Source: Camelus ferus (Eukaryota). From it: a stretch of DNA of 64,000 nucleotides. Within the stretch, counting starts at the first letter, position 1. Every line of letters begins with the position of its first letter. The stretch lies in contig NC_045697.1 in NCBI RefSeq assembly GCF_009834535.1, positions 105,712,001-105,776,000 on the forward strand, given 5' to 3'. Position numbers and translations under genes: made by a program. A model generated the notes under the pieces. It made no database searches. It saw only the letters and a program-made list of their open reading frames with translations, and was not told the DNA's origin. This document shows, in pieces, positions 12,051-23,715 of the stretch.

Positions 12051-13604
12051 TAGAAGGATATAAAGCTCTGAATTCACACATCGTGCTCTCCACCCACCTC
12101 CACTACACTGACTCACTCCATCTTGTTTAGTTATTAATACTAAAAAGTAATATTAGGGCCAAAAAATTGGTGGCATATGTGATGAAGGTATATGAGTGAA
12201 AATTCAATGATTTGCTATAATTGGTCACACTCAAGAAATCTTTACAAGATAGTTTTGCATTCAAATTTCAAAATTTGAAGGCTAACATTAGCTATATAAT
12301 TTTAACAATCATGCTGTCCTGTGAAGATTCATTCAGTGTTATCAGGACATGAGATAGTTCCATAATGTAATTAGTTGTAAACTGTACTTTCTATTTTTAA
12401 AAGTTTGTCTTAGTAAATTCTTAGACAACTGAGGTGGAGGTGATACAGGGAGAAGAATCAGGAGGTGTGCAATGAACTTCTCTGTCTTCAGATCCTCTCC
12501 TGAGGGTTTGAACTAAATGGCCTATAAAATACCTTTCTCTCTGACTCTGGATTCTCTTAGCACAGTGACTCTGTGATGAAGCTGAGATTATAATCTAGAT
12601 TCCCTGAATGTAGACTAGTGGTCTTTCCAATAAGATCATATAGTTTTACTGATAACATGGTTAGTCACTTTCTATTTATTAATACATTTTTTATTTGTAC
12701 AGAAGCTCCAATCAATACAATTTTGGCAATGGGGATTGTTTATGTCTTAGTGAAAAATAAAACAGTACACAACTAGAATGCTTTTGCCTGAAAATAACAA
12801 GTAAAACTCTGTCAATTATTATTTAATAATAACCAATATCACTTGATAGTTATCAGTATGACAAAGAACTCTAGTGCACAAAGTAATCACTTTTAACGGT
12901 AATTTTTATTATTGTTCCATATTTTTATACTTACATATCAAAGATAAAGAATACATTTCAGTTAGTCCCTTATTAGAAAATATATCTGTTTAAACGTTAG
13001 ATAGGCTTGTTGTATTTGCTTTCATCCCAGGACCGGTTCTTTTTAAGGAAGAGTCATTTGAAGGTCATAAGTGTACTATTAGAAACAGCTTGAACACCAC
13101 ACAGTATTTCAGGCATCTTAACAACCAAGCAGGTGAGCTGCATGGTGGATCAGATCAATTACTAAAAATCAATAGGCAGAGATGAAATTAGCCATGGTAT
13201 ATTCAGTCTGTTACTCTCGTCTATTAATTGGATCCTTTAGTGAATGAACTGACCCACCATTTAGCAACTGGAGTTAATCAACATAGGCAGACTGACTCCA
13301 CTGTGCTCTGGTTAACTGAGACGTACGTATACCTGGTGCTCTCCTGGACCAGAGACAGCACAAATAGGATGACAGAGGCACTAATCTGGTAAGATTAGCA
13401 GACTCCCAAGTATCCATTTAAGTTTTGCCATCAATACTCCAAGGAAAATATTTCCATTCCCAATTTTCTACTGTCATTTTACAAATGTTAGCATTATTTA
13501 CTTTAGAAATATGTAAAACATAGTTTTCCCCTTTCCTTACAATATCCTCTCTCTCTCCTTCTCTTTCTGTCTCTTTCTCTCTGTTGGTTAGGCAACCAGT
13601 CTTC

Positions 13605-13780
13605 TGGTGCTGTAACATAGTGGCCAAAAGCTTTAGAGTTAAACAGACCTAGACAGATGTTCCTCTTTTCTGCAATGGAGGTGACACTATCCACTTTCTA
13701 AGGTTGTGGGGATTGAAGGAGGTAATGAGCATGAAGTCCTCAGCACATGGTGAGTTATACATGCTAAACGATCAACTAAT
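13605..13780 (+). mobile_element. MIR SINE
   Basis: ctttagagttaaacagacctag..ggttgtggggattgaaggaggtaatg. Confidence 0.65.
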
Positions 13781-15666
13781 GTTCCTCTGGTTTCCACGTG
13801 GTGAGAGATGACAGTCATTAGAAGAGGACAGCTATTTTTTCTTTTCCCCATCATCACTTGATGGAAAATTTTGACTTACTTTTTACCAGGATTCATTGTT
13901 GCCTGAACTGGAAAATGATACCCCAAGATGAGTGGCGACCAGGAAAATGGGAATGTATAGTATTGTTTAAACTCAACATAATTTATCTTCCTCTTCCATT
14001 GTCTAATTATCAGTTGGTATTAGTGAAAGGAAAGACAGCCAAGATGGTAGCCAGCTAAGTAAAACACTGGCCCTAAGGCAGAAGCCTCATTACTGGAAAT
14101 GTAGTTTACTTAAAAACCGACGTACACTGGACTAAATCATGTTCTGCTCTTTTGATGGACACTTGCACTGTGAAACACAAAGTGGGAGACAGAATGTAAC
14201 AACTGAAGTGAAAGACTGCCTAATCTGGCTTCTACAACTGAGTTGGGATACAGACAGTAGGTGGAAGGCTCAGAGAAAAGACACAGAGATGCCAGGAGGC
14301 TGCAAAGTGAAGCCTGGGAGGAAATGCTTGCAGGGCTGTGATTATAAAGCCTGGAGTGAAGGTTGGACAATAACAATACTAAAGTCATAAAAAGAGTTGA
14401 AACTCAGCTGTGCAGCATGGTGGTCTTCTGTGAAGGCCAAGCCAGATGAAGACAAGGCGGGAAAAAGCTCTCTCATTCTTTGACGGTCTTTAATTCTGCT
14501 GCCCTGAAGAGGAAGCCCTCTTCCCATACACCCATCTTTCCTGCTCTTTCTTTCTTACATTGTCCCTGCCCTGCTGTTACTTCTCTCCAGCATGTCTGTG
14601 GAAATAGGACTTAGAGCTCAAAGTTCTGAATATGAGGTTTCAGCAAGCAAGGACTAGATGTATGAACTTCAGCCAGTTCTGTGTTTTACTTTAATAAAAA
14701 AAAGAATAAATGTCTCCTAATTTGTACAAGAAAGATAATGATTTCAATCTCATAGGCATGCTGAGAGGAAAAAATAAAATAACCGGCACAAAAATCACTT
14801 TGTAACATGTAGGGTACATATGAATGTGGGTTTTTAGTATTAACAACGTATTTCCTCATGCTTTACATCTTTCCCCTCCTCCTTGCAATTCCAAGTAACA
14901 GAAAGCAGAGAAGAGAGAGCGAAAACTGGCGTCTCACCTTTCTTTATAGAGTAGCTTCTTATCTTTAAGAAGAGGCTTAGCAATAGAGGAATGGATCTTA
15001 GGCTCTCTGAGTCTTTATTCCAGTCTTATGATTTCATGACAAATAAGCCTTTACAAATTTCCTCTGTAGGGTTGCTTATTGCTTTTTTCAGGGCCCCGAG
15101 CAATCACTACCCTCTTCTCAATCTATACTTTGAGGCCTTGGAAATGTTCTAAGGAGCAAACCAAGAGAAGGAACAATTTCAGAGGCATGATTATATTATT
15201 GGTGTGGGTTGGGCAGTCAGCCTGTTCCAGGTTTAACCACCACCAAACCTTGCTCAAAGTATCCTGCAGCCAATGTGGATTTAATCCTGCAGTGTTTGTG
15301 TTTTGGAGGAGACCAAAGAGAAGCCCAGCCCCTTGGCCTTGGCTGTGGCCATGGTTTCCATGGTGATCCTAACAGAAGCCAGACCTCTGCTTCCTGCTAT
15401 TTGAACTGTGCTACCTGAACAACCCAGGGCTGAGTCCCAGAGGCTTCTCATTCCTCTAGCTTTTCTAAAATCACAATAAACACTGCCTCAGCTCTCACCG
15501 TGTAACCTGTTGTCCTGCTGCGGACCGCTTTCCTTCACAGAAAGACCTGAATTCTGCTGAGCGGAAGTTGCAAGTTTTTACAGTTTCCTCCTAGTCAAAT
15601 CCAGAGTTTCACAAGAAGGTGGAGAATCACAGTTTTCATCCTTCATCTATTTCTGTCATTAGGGAC

Positions 15667-16124
15667 AGTAATAGTTTGTTAGGACTGTCATAGCAAAGTA
15701 TCACAAGTGGGAGGCTTTGAAATTTATTGTTTCACAGTGCTGGAAGCGGGAAGTCTGAGATCAAGGGGTTGGCAGAGGGGATTCCTTCTGAGGGCTGTGA
15801 GGGAGAATCTCTCTCATGTCTGTCTCCTAGCTTCCTGTGGTTTGCTGGCCATCTTAGGGTTCTTGGCTTCTGCTGAATCACCCCAATCTCTGCCTTCATT
15901 TTTGCATGGCATTCTTTCTCCCTGTGTGCATGTCTGTACCTAAATTTTCCCTTTTTATAAAGACACCAGTCATATTGGATTAGGGCTCACCTTAGTTCAA
16001 CTTGACCTCATCTTAACTAATTACCCCTTCAACAACTCTTTTCCAAATCAGGTTACATTCTGATGTAATGAGATTTAAAACTTCAGCATATGAATATTTT
16101 AGGGACACAATTCAACCCATAACA
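15667..16124 (-). mobile_element. MaLR solo LTR (MLT1C-like)
   Basis: aaatttattgtttcacagtgctggaagc..gaagtctgagatcaagg; gacaccagtcatattggattagggc; gacacaattcaacccataaca; 5-bp TSD gggac/gtgac. Confidence 0.9.
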
Positions 16125-16599
16125 GTGACAAACTCTCAAATACATCTTGATTTAAGGATATTAAGTGTTCAACATGTGTGAAATATGGTTCTAGGTACTT
16201 TGGACATTGCTTAAAAATGGAAGTTATGAATGATCCCTTTCTACTAAGAATTTGTCTTTTAGTTAGAAGTCAACCATGTAGCTGAGAAAAGTTAAACAAA
16301 TATATGGAAAGAATCTGACCAAAGTTAATTGTAAATTACCAACTTTTTTTTAAACCAGAAAAAAAAAATTTGAGATTGGGATCCCAACATTGAAAATAGA
16401 TGAAGCGTATTTGCTGTGATTCAAATGAAGTAGAGCATTTAGAGTGCCTTCTGCCCACTTCTTTTCATAGCAGCCATCGAGGCTTTTCATGGAAGAAATG
16501 TGATTCAATTAGAACTCCAAAGACTAGTTTGACCTGGAAATGCATAGCTGAGGAAAGGGAATGTGCAAGAATGGAGGGCATAAAACGAATAGAATAGTT

Positions 16600-17018
16600 C
16601 TATTTACAGCAACATGGATGGACCTAGAGATTATCATACTAAGTGAAGGAAGTCAGACAGAGAAAGACAAATATCATACGACATGACTTATATGTGGAAG
16701 CTAAAAAAAAAAATGACACACATGAAATTATTTACAAAACAGAACAGACTCACAGACATCGAAAACAAACTTACGGTTACCAAAAGAAAAAGCAGGGGAG
16801 GGAATAAATTGGGAGCTTGGGATTAGCAGGTACAAACTACTATATACAAAACAGATAAACAACAGGGTCCTACTGTATAGCACAGGAACTATAGTCAGTA
16901 GCTTGTAATAACCTATAATGAAAAAGAATATATATTTATGTATAACTGAATCATTATGCTGTACACCAGAAACTAACAAAGCATTGTAAATCAACTAAAC
17001 TTCAATTAAAAAAAAAAT
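16600..17018 (+). mobile_element. 5'-truncated L1 3' end (cetartiodactyl-type)
   Basis: gcaacatggatggacctagagattatcatactaagtgaa..gtcctactgtatagcacagg..gctgtacaccagaaactaac..poly(A). Confidence 0.92.
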
Positions 17019-17559
17019 AGTGAATGGAGCACACAGCATGTGAGCAAAAGGTTGGTGGTAGGGACATGGAAGGAGTCTTTAGAAACTAGAGATCTGAGCT
17101 TTTTGGAAAACAGTCAAAGCAAATATAGAAAAGTAGGCTGTTATCCTAGGATGGAGAGTTTCATCATGGCTTGACTGAGTTCAGATCCTTGAAAGAAATT
17201 CCAGGGGATTGAAAGCTGTCCTAGCCCCCTGAAGACCTCCATATATTTAAGTCACCTTAGTCCCTTTTCTGCATCTTATCCTCATTCTGATGGTTCCCAA
17301 TTCCTTGATTTTTTTTTCCCTAGAAAAGCAGCACTGAGACCATCTTTGAATTGGGAGGGAGTTTTAGAGATGTGTTTCTTTACTTTTATGCTATATAATG
17401 TAGCATGATTTAAAAAAGTCCTATCAAGTTCATCTATGTAATATGGATTTACGATTTGAAAAGGATCAGATGACAGGATTATGGAAAAAAGAGAATTGCA
17501 CATCAAGTCTTAGGACCTTAGGTACAATGTTGTATTTCATCTTTACAGATTTCTAAGAA

Positions 17560-17700
17560 AGAGGTTTTACTATTCCTAATTTATAGATGAAAAATTTGAA
17601 GTTCAGGTAAAGTAATTTTCCCGATGTCACAGCAAATAAGAGTAAGAGCTGCACTCTAAACCTAGAGCTTGTAGACTATAAAATCTATCCTTTATTTCCC
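17560..17700 (-). mobile_element. MIR fragment
   Basis: tttatagatgaaaaatttgaagttcagg..ttttcccgatgtcacagc. Confidence 0.55.
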
Positions 17701-18309
17701 CTAAGAGAACACAAGGTCAAAACCTGTGGTCAAAACCTAGAGCAGAAATGACAAAAGAATGGAAGGTTTATGATCTGGGGAAGCCTGAATCCAGACTGTT
17801 CCATATATATTAGACTTTCCTTACAGACCAGGGCACAATTACATCTTTAAACTCAGCCTTCCATGTCCATTATTGAGCCAATGGAAGATTTTCCCTGCTC
17901 TGAAATACACGTTCAGTAGGAGCCACTTCCATCCCATCTCCAGTAATTCCATGATATGGAGTGGTCCTTACCTGCTTCCATTCTTGTTTATCAGTCTGTT
18001 GTTCAAGACATTGTCATCTCATTACTGCTGAACTTCATGAAATACACCGTATTTCCTTTAAGTTTTGTGCACACTATTTTTATGTACATATGTAGTCCAC
18101 ATGTTATACAGCACAAAGTGATTTAGCAGAAGTGCAGGTCAACTGCTGCCTCTAGGATGATGCTTAATGGTCTTAGCAGGAAATGGATCACAGACGACTG
18201 TATCAGGATATGAATGTGTCCTCCAGTGGTGGGCACTGCTCATGTACAGTCAGTACTGGAGGAGAAACAGTTTCAAATGAATGGAGCCAAGATACTGAGC
18301 TATGGAGAA

Positions 18310-18790
18310 TATTTCTATATCTTATAGTTTGTATAAAAAATTAACTTGAAAGAATTGTTCCCAAGTTTGATATCAACGCAAAAATATATGTGACAATATC
18401 ATTAATAAGTTGCAAAGCTGAAACTTTCTAGTAAAACTAATTTTGATCAATCATGCAAGAGGAAATGAATTATTATTTCTTTTCTTTTAATAAAAATTGT
18501 ATTATAAAATTGTTGTCCTACGAAGTAGTGGTTAAGAAGTATGCAGCCAGAAAAGTGTAGGAAAAAAAAAGAGTTACATAACTGTGTTGGTAACTTCATA
18601 AGAAGTTATTTTTATGAATTTTGTGATGTTCGTGTTATTTGTTAGGCTTTGAAAACTTATATTATGTTTTTAAATTTTAAATAAGTAATCATTTTGTACC
18701 TAATTTCATATTATGATTTGTATTCTTTTTCTTAAAAAGAATTCCCACTAATTGATAAGCGTCAAACCATACAAAATCTAGACTGTTTCT
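18310..18790 (+). mobile_element. hAT-Tip100 DNA transposon relic (Zaphod-like 3' part, degraded transposase C-terminus)
   Basis: ttcccaagtttga..agttgcaaagctgaaactttct..ttttgatcaatcatgcaagaggaaa..aagtatgcagccagaaaagtgtagg resembles the hAT dimerisation-domain region; frameshifted. Confidence 0.7.
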
Positions 18791-21209
18791 TGAATCTGAG
18801 CAATAAGTTGACAGTCGATAATAGTCAAGGTATCTAAAGAGAAATAAGACTTTTAAATGTGGCCCTTGTAATCTTACCTTGATGTCATCAAAAACAACCT
18901 CAGAAAAAAGATTCTCTGAATTTCCAATCTGAGCCTCACTTTTTCAGAAGTTTATCTTACATTTTAGAATATACAAACTTGTGTCAAAGTACTTGCCAGC
19001 CTTCTGTGTATTAATTCCTTATGCAGTTCCTCCCAGCCTAGACATAGAAATGTGGAAAAACACACAACGATACTAAAAAGTAGAAGTAAATGTCAATCGA
19101 TGGCCATAATTTGTGAAGAATTTCCATAAACTATGAAGCCATTAGAATTTCTGCCCTGGTTAGTAGTCTATACACGGTTTGCTTTTTCAGATAGAACTCA
19201 TATAGTATCTTCAAGAAGGTAGAAATATTTAAGGTCTATTAATGTCCAGCCATTGGCTCCAAGTCCCTCAGCTCTGTCCCAAACATTCAAATGAGCAGCT
19301 GTCATGCATAGAGATATTCTCTTAGAGGTTTGGTGAGACACCATTCCCCACTTTCTCTTACTATCAGTAGCTCTTTTTATACATATTTTAGAACTAAAAA
19401 GCAAAATGAAAAAAGAACACAAAATAGGCAGATATAAAATGAAAATGGGAGTGGCCCATTATGTCATAGAGGCAAAGAGCTTGTAAATGGAAGAACAGGA
19501 AAAGCCCTGATAGGAAGAAAAACTGCAAATTAGATTATTCCATATATTCCAATTACTCTAAGTGATATAAAATCAGGGAGTAGAAAGATCAGCACATCTA
19601 GCCTACATAATGGCTCAGAAGACAGAGGAATGGAGCTAAAAGTTGTCTACATAATCTTGTTCTTCAGATGGATATATAAGCCAGGAGACAGTTCATCCAA
19701 AAATGAATAGGAAATGGAGCTGAGGAAATTTGGATAGTGGATGATTCCTTAGGGAAACAAAAAAATGTTAAGTATTACAGTATATGGAAGTGGAATACCA
19801 TCTCAATGATTTATTATTAAAAGAATAGAACCCAGAAAGTGAATTTTTGCATGGAAGAAAAGAAAATTCAATACAAATTTAATTTAAAAAACACTCAGTC
19901 TTAATACTTTTACTTTACTAGGTGAACACCTAGGTCGTAAGAAGTTAAATTTCTTAGGAAGCAGAAGCAAAAGCCATCTGGAAGAATAATGCTATGAAAA
20001 TAAACATTGGGTGTGGGGTTAATTTTTTTAAAGACAACCGATAACTAATCACATAACGACAGAATGAGTGTCTGCCGGTAAAGGGAAGAATGTATGTTGC
20101 AGAACACCAAATGGGTAATGTCAAGGGTGAGTGTGTGAGTGCTTCCAGCATGCAGAGGCACAGGACGAGAACCAAGAGTAGTGGGAGAGAAGACAGCAGA
20201 TAGTGAAGACAGAGAACAAAGATCCAACATAAAAAATACATGTGAACTTAAGGAAAATGCCAAGCAATGGGAACACCACAATAAGCAAAGGCAAACTGAA
20301 CAATAATATTTGGACTGAACAAACAAACAACAACAAGAAAAAAACTGGTGAAGGTGGATTGAAAAAGCTTATCATGTTCCAAACAAAATTATGAATAGAT
20401 CCTATGCCAGTTTAAGAAACTGGGCAAACTTAGGAATAACCGGTACACAAGATAGATGGAGACTCAAATTAGGCTCAAATGAGAATTTACTTACAGAGAG
20501 ACTAATTACAAAGGGGTGGATGAGATGTGTGTCACTACTTATGAGCCCAAGGGGAAAAGAGGTGGAGAGAGAGATTATTGAATCCAAAATGTGAGTATGT
20601 TATGTAGATAAGGCCACTTTGAGATGATCAATGACTTTCTGCTAAAAAATATACCAGCTTGATGCAAACTCACAAGGGGAAAATATATGTTAATCTCGCT
20701 CCCCTTTCTCCTCCAAACTCTTAGCCCTGTAAGCCAAATCCAACAGGAAACTCAGAGCAGGGATCCCAGTGGTGTAAGTTATTCAGGCCAACCCCTCAGG
20801 ACAGAGTAAATAGCATGGAGAAAGGACATGATAAACAGATGGAGGATGCACAACGATCCCCCACTACACACAAGTAAATCATGCAACATTTGATAATGGA
20901 GGGGATAAGATGAATAAATAAGAAAGAAAGTAGCTTAGTAAATATTTATTTATATATTTATGATTATTCCTAATATATTTTAAAACAGAATGCATGATTT
21001 TAATGTACATAATGTAAAAAATCTGAATTATGATAATAGCCCATGTCTCAAAACCAGAGATTAGACTAAGATAGGATGGATAAATGGATTAATTTCTGAT
21101 TTCACAAGGCATATGGGAAAGATAAAAAACATTATTTTATTTTTTACCCTGATAATTAGAAAAGCTATACTTGTGTTTGAAAAACTTAAAATTTAATTCA
21201 GATAGCCAC

Positions 21210-21280
21210 AAACTTTACCTTTTGCTACGTGCAATTTAAAGGGAGAAAATTTAAATTGCACGTAGCAAAAGGTAGAGTTT
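21210..21280. repeat. Inverted repeat, 31-bp arms with 9-nt loop
   Basis: aaactttaccttttgctacgtgcaatttaaa / gggagaaaa / tttaaattgcacgtagcaaaaggtagagttt; 30 of 31 positions complementary. Confidence 0.97.
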
Positions 21281-21467
21281 TAAAAAAGGTAAAATAAGAA
21301 GACTGGAGTAAGGAAAAATATTTTTAATACTAATTACACTTTCTAGTCTTAAAAGCTGAAGACATTCAGATTAGATTTTAAAAATCCAATAGTATGCTGC
21401 TTTAACCAAATATAATAAACTAAATGAAAAATAAATAAAAATTATATTATTCATTATGATCTGTAAA

Positions 21468-21580
21468 ATGGTTCTAACTTTTTGATCTCAGGATCTTTTT
21501 ACCCTCTAAAATATTATTGAGGATCTGAGAGTTTTTATTTTTGTGGATTATATTTATATAGGTTGTATTACAAATTAATT
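21468..21580. mobile_element. hAT-Charlie terminal fragment
   Basis: tggttctaactttttgatctcaggatc..aaaatattattgagga resembles Charlie1-type ends. Confidence 0.5.
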
Positions 21581-21599
21581 ATTTTTTAGTCTGGTTGAT

Positions 21600-21975
21600 T
21601 GGTCTATATATAGTAAAATTTACCCTTTAAGTGTGCAAGTCTATTACTTTTGACAAATTTATAGAGTTGTGTAAGCACCACTACAGTAAAGACACAGGAT
21701 ATTTCCACACCCTTTTGAGGTTAAATGCCTCTCTCCACTCCCACCCTGGACAATCTGTTTTCTGGCCCTAGAGTTTTAATTTTAGCAAATACCATATAAA
21801 TGGAGTTATACATCATCTAGCCTATGGAGTCTGGGTTCTTTCACTTAACATAATGCTTTTGAGATTCATTTATATTGTTACATGTATCAGTAGCTTGGCC
21901 CTTTTTATTGCTGAGTAGTATTCCATTGTATAGCTGCACCATGATTTCTTTATTGAATCACCTGTCAATGGATAT
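21600..21975 (-). mobile_element. L1MB/ME-like 3' end
   Basis: ctttcacttaacataatgcttttgagattcat..ctttttattgctgagtagtattccattgta. Confidence 0.8.
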
Positions 21976-22267
21976 TCTTCTAAATAATCTTGAACTGTAA
22001 AAGAAACCAATAATACATTAATAAACAACTTGGAAAAGAACACATAAGAGACCATTATATACCAAAATTTATAAAAGATTGACAATCTTACTCAAAAACA
22101 GATCCAGAGACTTTACTTTTATATTAATTAATGAATAAAGAGGGAACATGAAGAAATTTTGTAGCATTCAAATAAAGAAAACTATAAATAGATACACCTA
22201 AGTAAAGTGGTAAAGATTAAATAATAAAATCATAGAAAAGGAAAGATTTTAAAAGTGCTGTGGAAGG

Positions 22268-23715
22268 AAATGAAAACACTAACCCCAAAAGATCCCTGCA
22301 CCCCTGTGTTCACAGTAGCATTATTTACAGTAGCCAAGACATGGAAATGTCCTAAGTGTCCACTGATGGATGAATAAAGAATTTGTGGTATATATACACA
22401 ATAGAATATTATTCGGCCATAAAAATGAGAAAATCCTGCCATTTGTGACAAAATGGATGAACCTTGAAGGCATTATGCTAAGTGAAAGAATCAAACAGGG
22501 AAAGACAAATACTATATGTTCTCACTTGTATGTGGTGTCTACAAAAACAAGAAAAACTACAAAAAACTCTGAAAGTCAGATAAAAAAGGATCAGATTTGT
22601 GGTTATCAGAGGAGGGAAGTGGTGGGGGTGGGCAGGAGAAATTGGAGGAAGAGGGTCAAAAGATATATTGATACTGGGCATGTAATGGACAACATGATGA
22701 CTATAGCTAACATTTAGGAGAGTAAATCTTAAGAGTTCTCACAAGAAGAAAAGATTTATTTGCTTTTTCTATTTATTGTATCTAAACGAGATGGGGGGTT
22801 GTCAATCAAGATAGCAAAGTAGGAAGATTCAGAACTCAGCTCCCCCCTACAACAAACACATCAAAAATACATCTTCATGTGTAACTATTATCACTGGAAA
22901 CTAACTGGAGACTGGCAAAAAGCTACCTGTACAACAAAAGCTGTAAGACAGATCCACACAGAACTGGGTAGGAAGGGAAGAGAAATGATCAAGTCAGGAC
23001 TTGAGCCACTAGGAGGGGACTCAGAGGAAAATGAAAATTGCGCTGGTGGAGATCCTCCCTGGGGATTGAGTGGTTCAAGTAACATATTGGGTGCCCCAGC
23101 CCTGGGGTCCAACATAAGGAAGACAAGTTCCCTTGTCTGGTTAAAAGGCTGGTGGGACGGACAGGAGGGTTGTGGGAAGCCGAGACTCCACTCGTGAGGT
23201 GTGTGATCAACCACTTTAAATAAGCTGGTACAAAGATCAAAACACAAAAAATTATAAAATCAACTATAATTACAATAAGTAGTAAAGGGATAAACATGAA
23301 GATGTAAAATATGACATCAGAAACACAAAGCATGAGAAAGGAGAGTAAAAAAAAATCACAGGAATATAAAAACTCATAAAAAGATACTACAAATAGTCAT
23401 ATGCCAACAAATTGGACAACCTAGAATAAATGGACAAATTTCTAGAAACATACAACCTCCCAAGACTGAATCAGGAAGAAGTCGACAATCTGAACAGGCC
23501 AATCACTGGATTCGAACTGCAAAATTGAACTTGTAATAAAAAGCTCCCAGCAAACAAAAGTCCAGGACCAGACAGCATAGCAGGGAAATTCTACCAAACA
23601 TAAAAGAGAGTTAATACCCGTCCTCAAACTATTCCAAAAAATTGAAGAGGATGGAAGACTCCCCGTATTGTATGTTAACTGTATCTCAATAAAACTGGAA
23701 AACAATTAAAAATAA
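22268..23715 (+). mobile_element. L1MA9-like 3' end (22268-22792, resuming 23664-23715) interrupted by a second L1
   Basis: ORF2 C-terminal motif and 3' UTR up to 22792; terminal ..ctgtatctcaataaaactggaaaa after 23664. Confidence 0.75.
22793..23663 (+). mobile_element. Internally deleted L1: 5' UTR, inter-ORF piece and ORF2 piece
   Basis: 5' end caagatagc..gaagattcagaactcagctcc is homologous to the 5' UTR at ~57280; 23400-23660 is ORF2 (tatgccaacaaattggacaacctaga..aaaagtccaggaccaga). Confidence 0.75.

Noticed and set aside
18310..18790. Domesticated hAT transposase gene
   Set aside because: Short, frameshifted, deleted remnant with no ORF
19954..20375. Overlapping hydrophobic minus-strand ORFs
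   Set aside because: Expected from antisense reading of A-rich sequence; no gene structure
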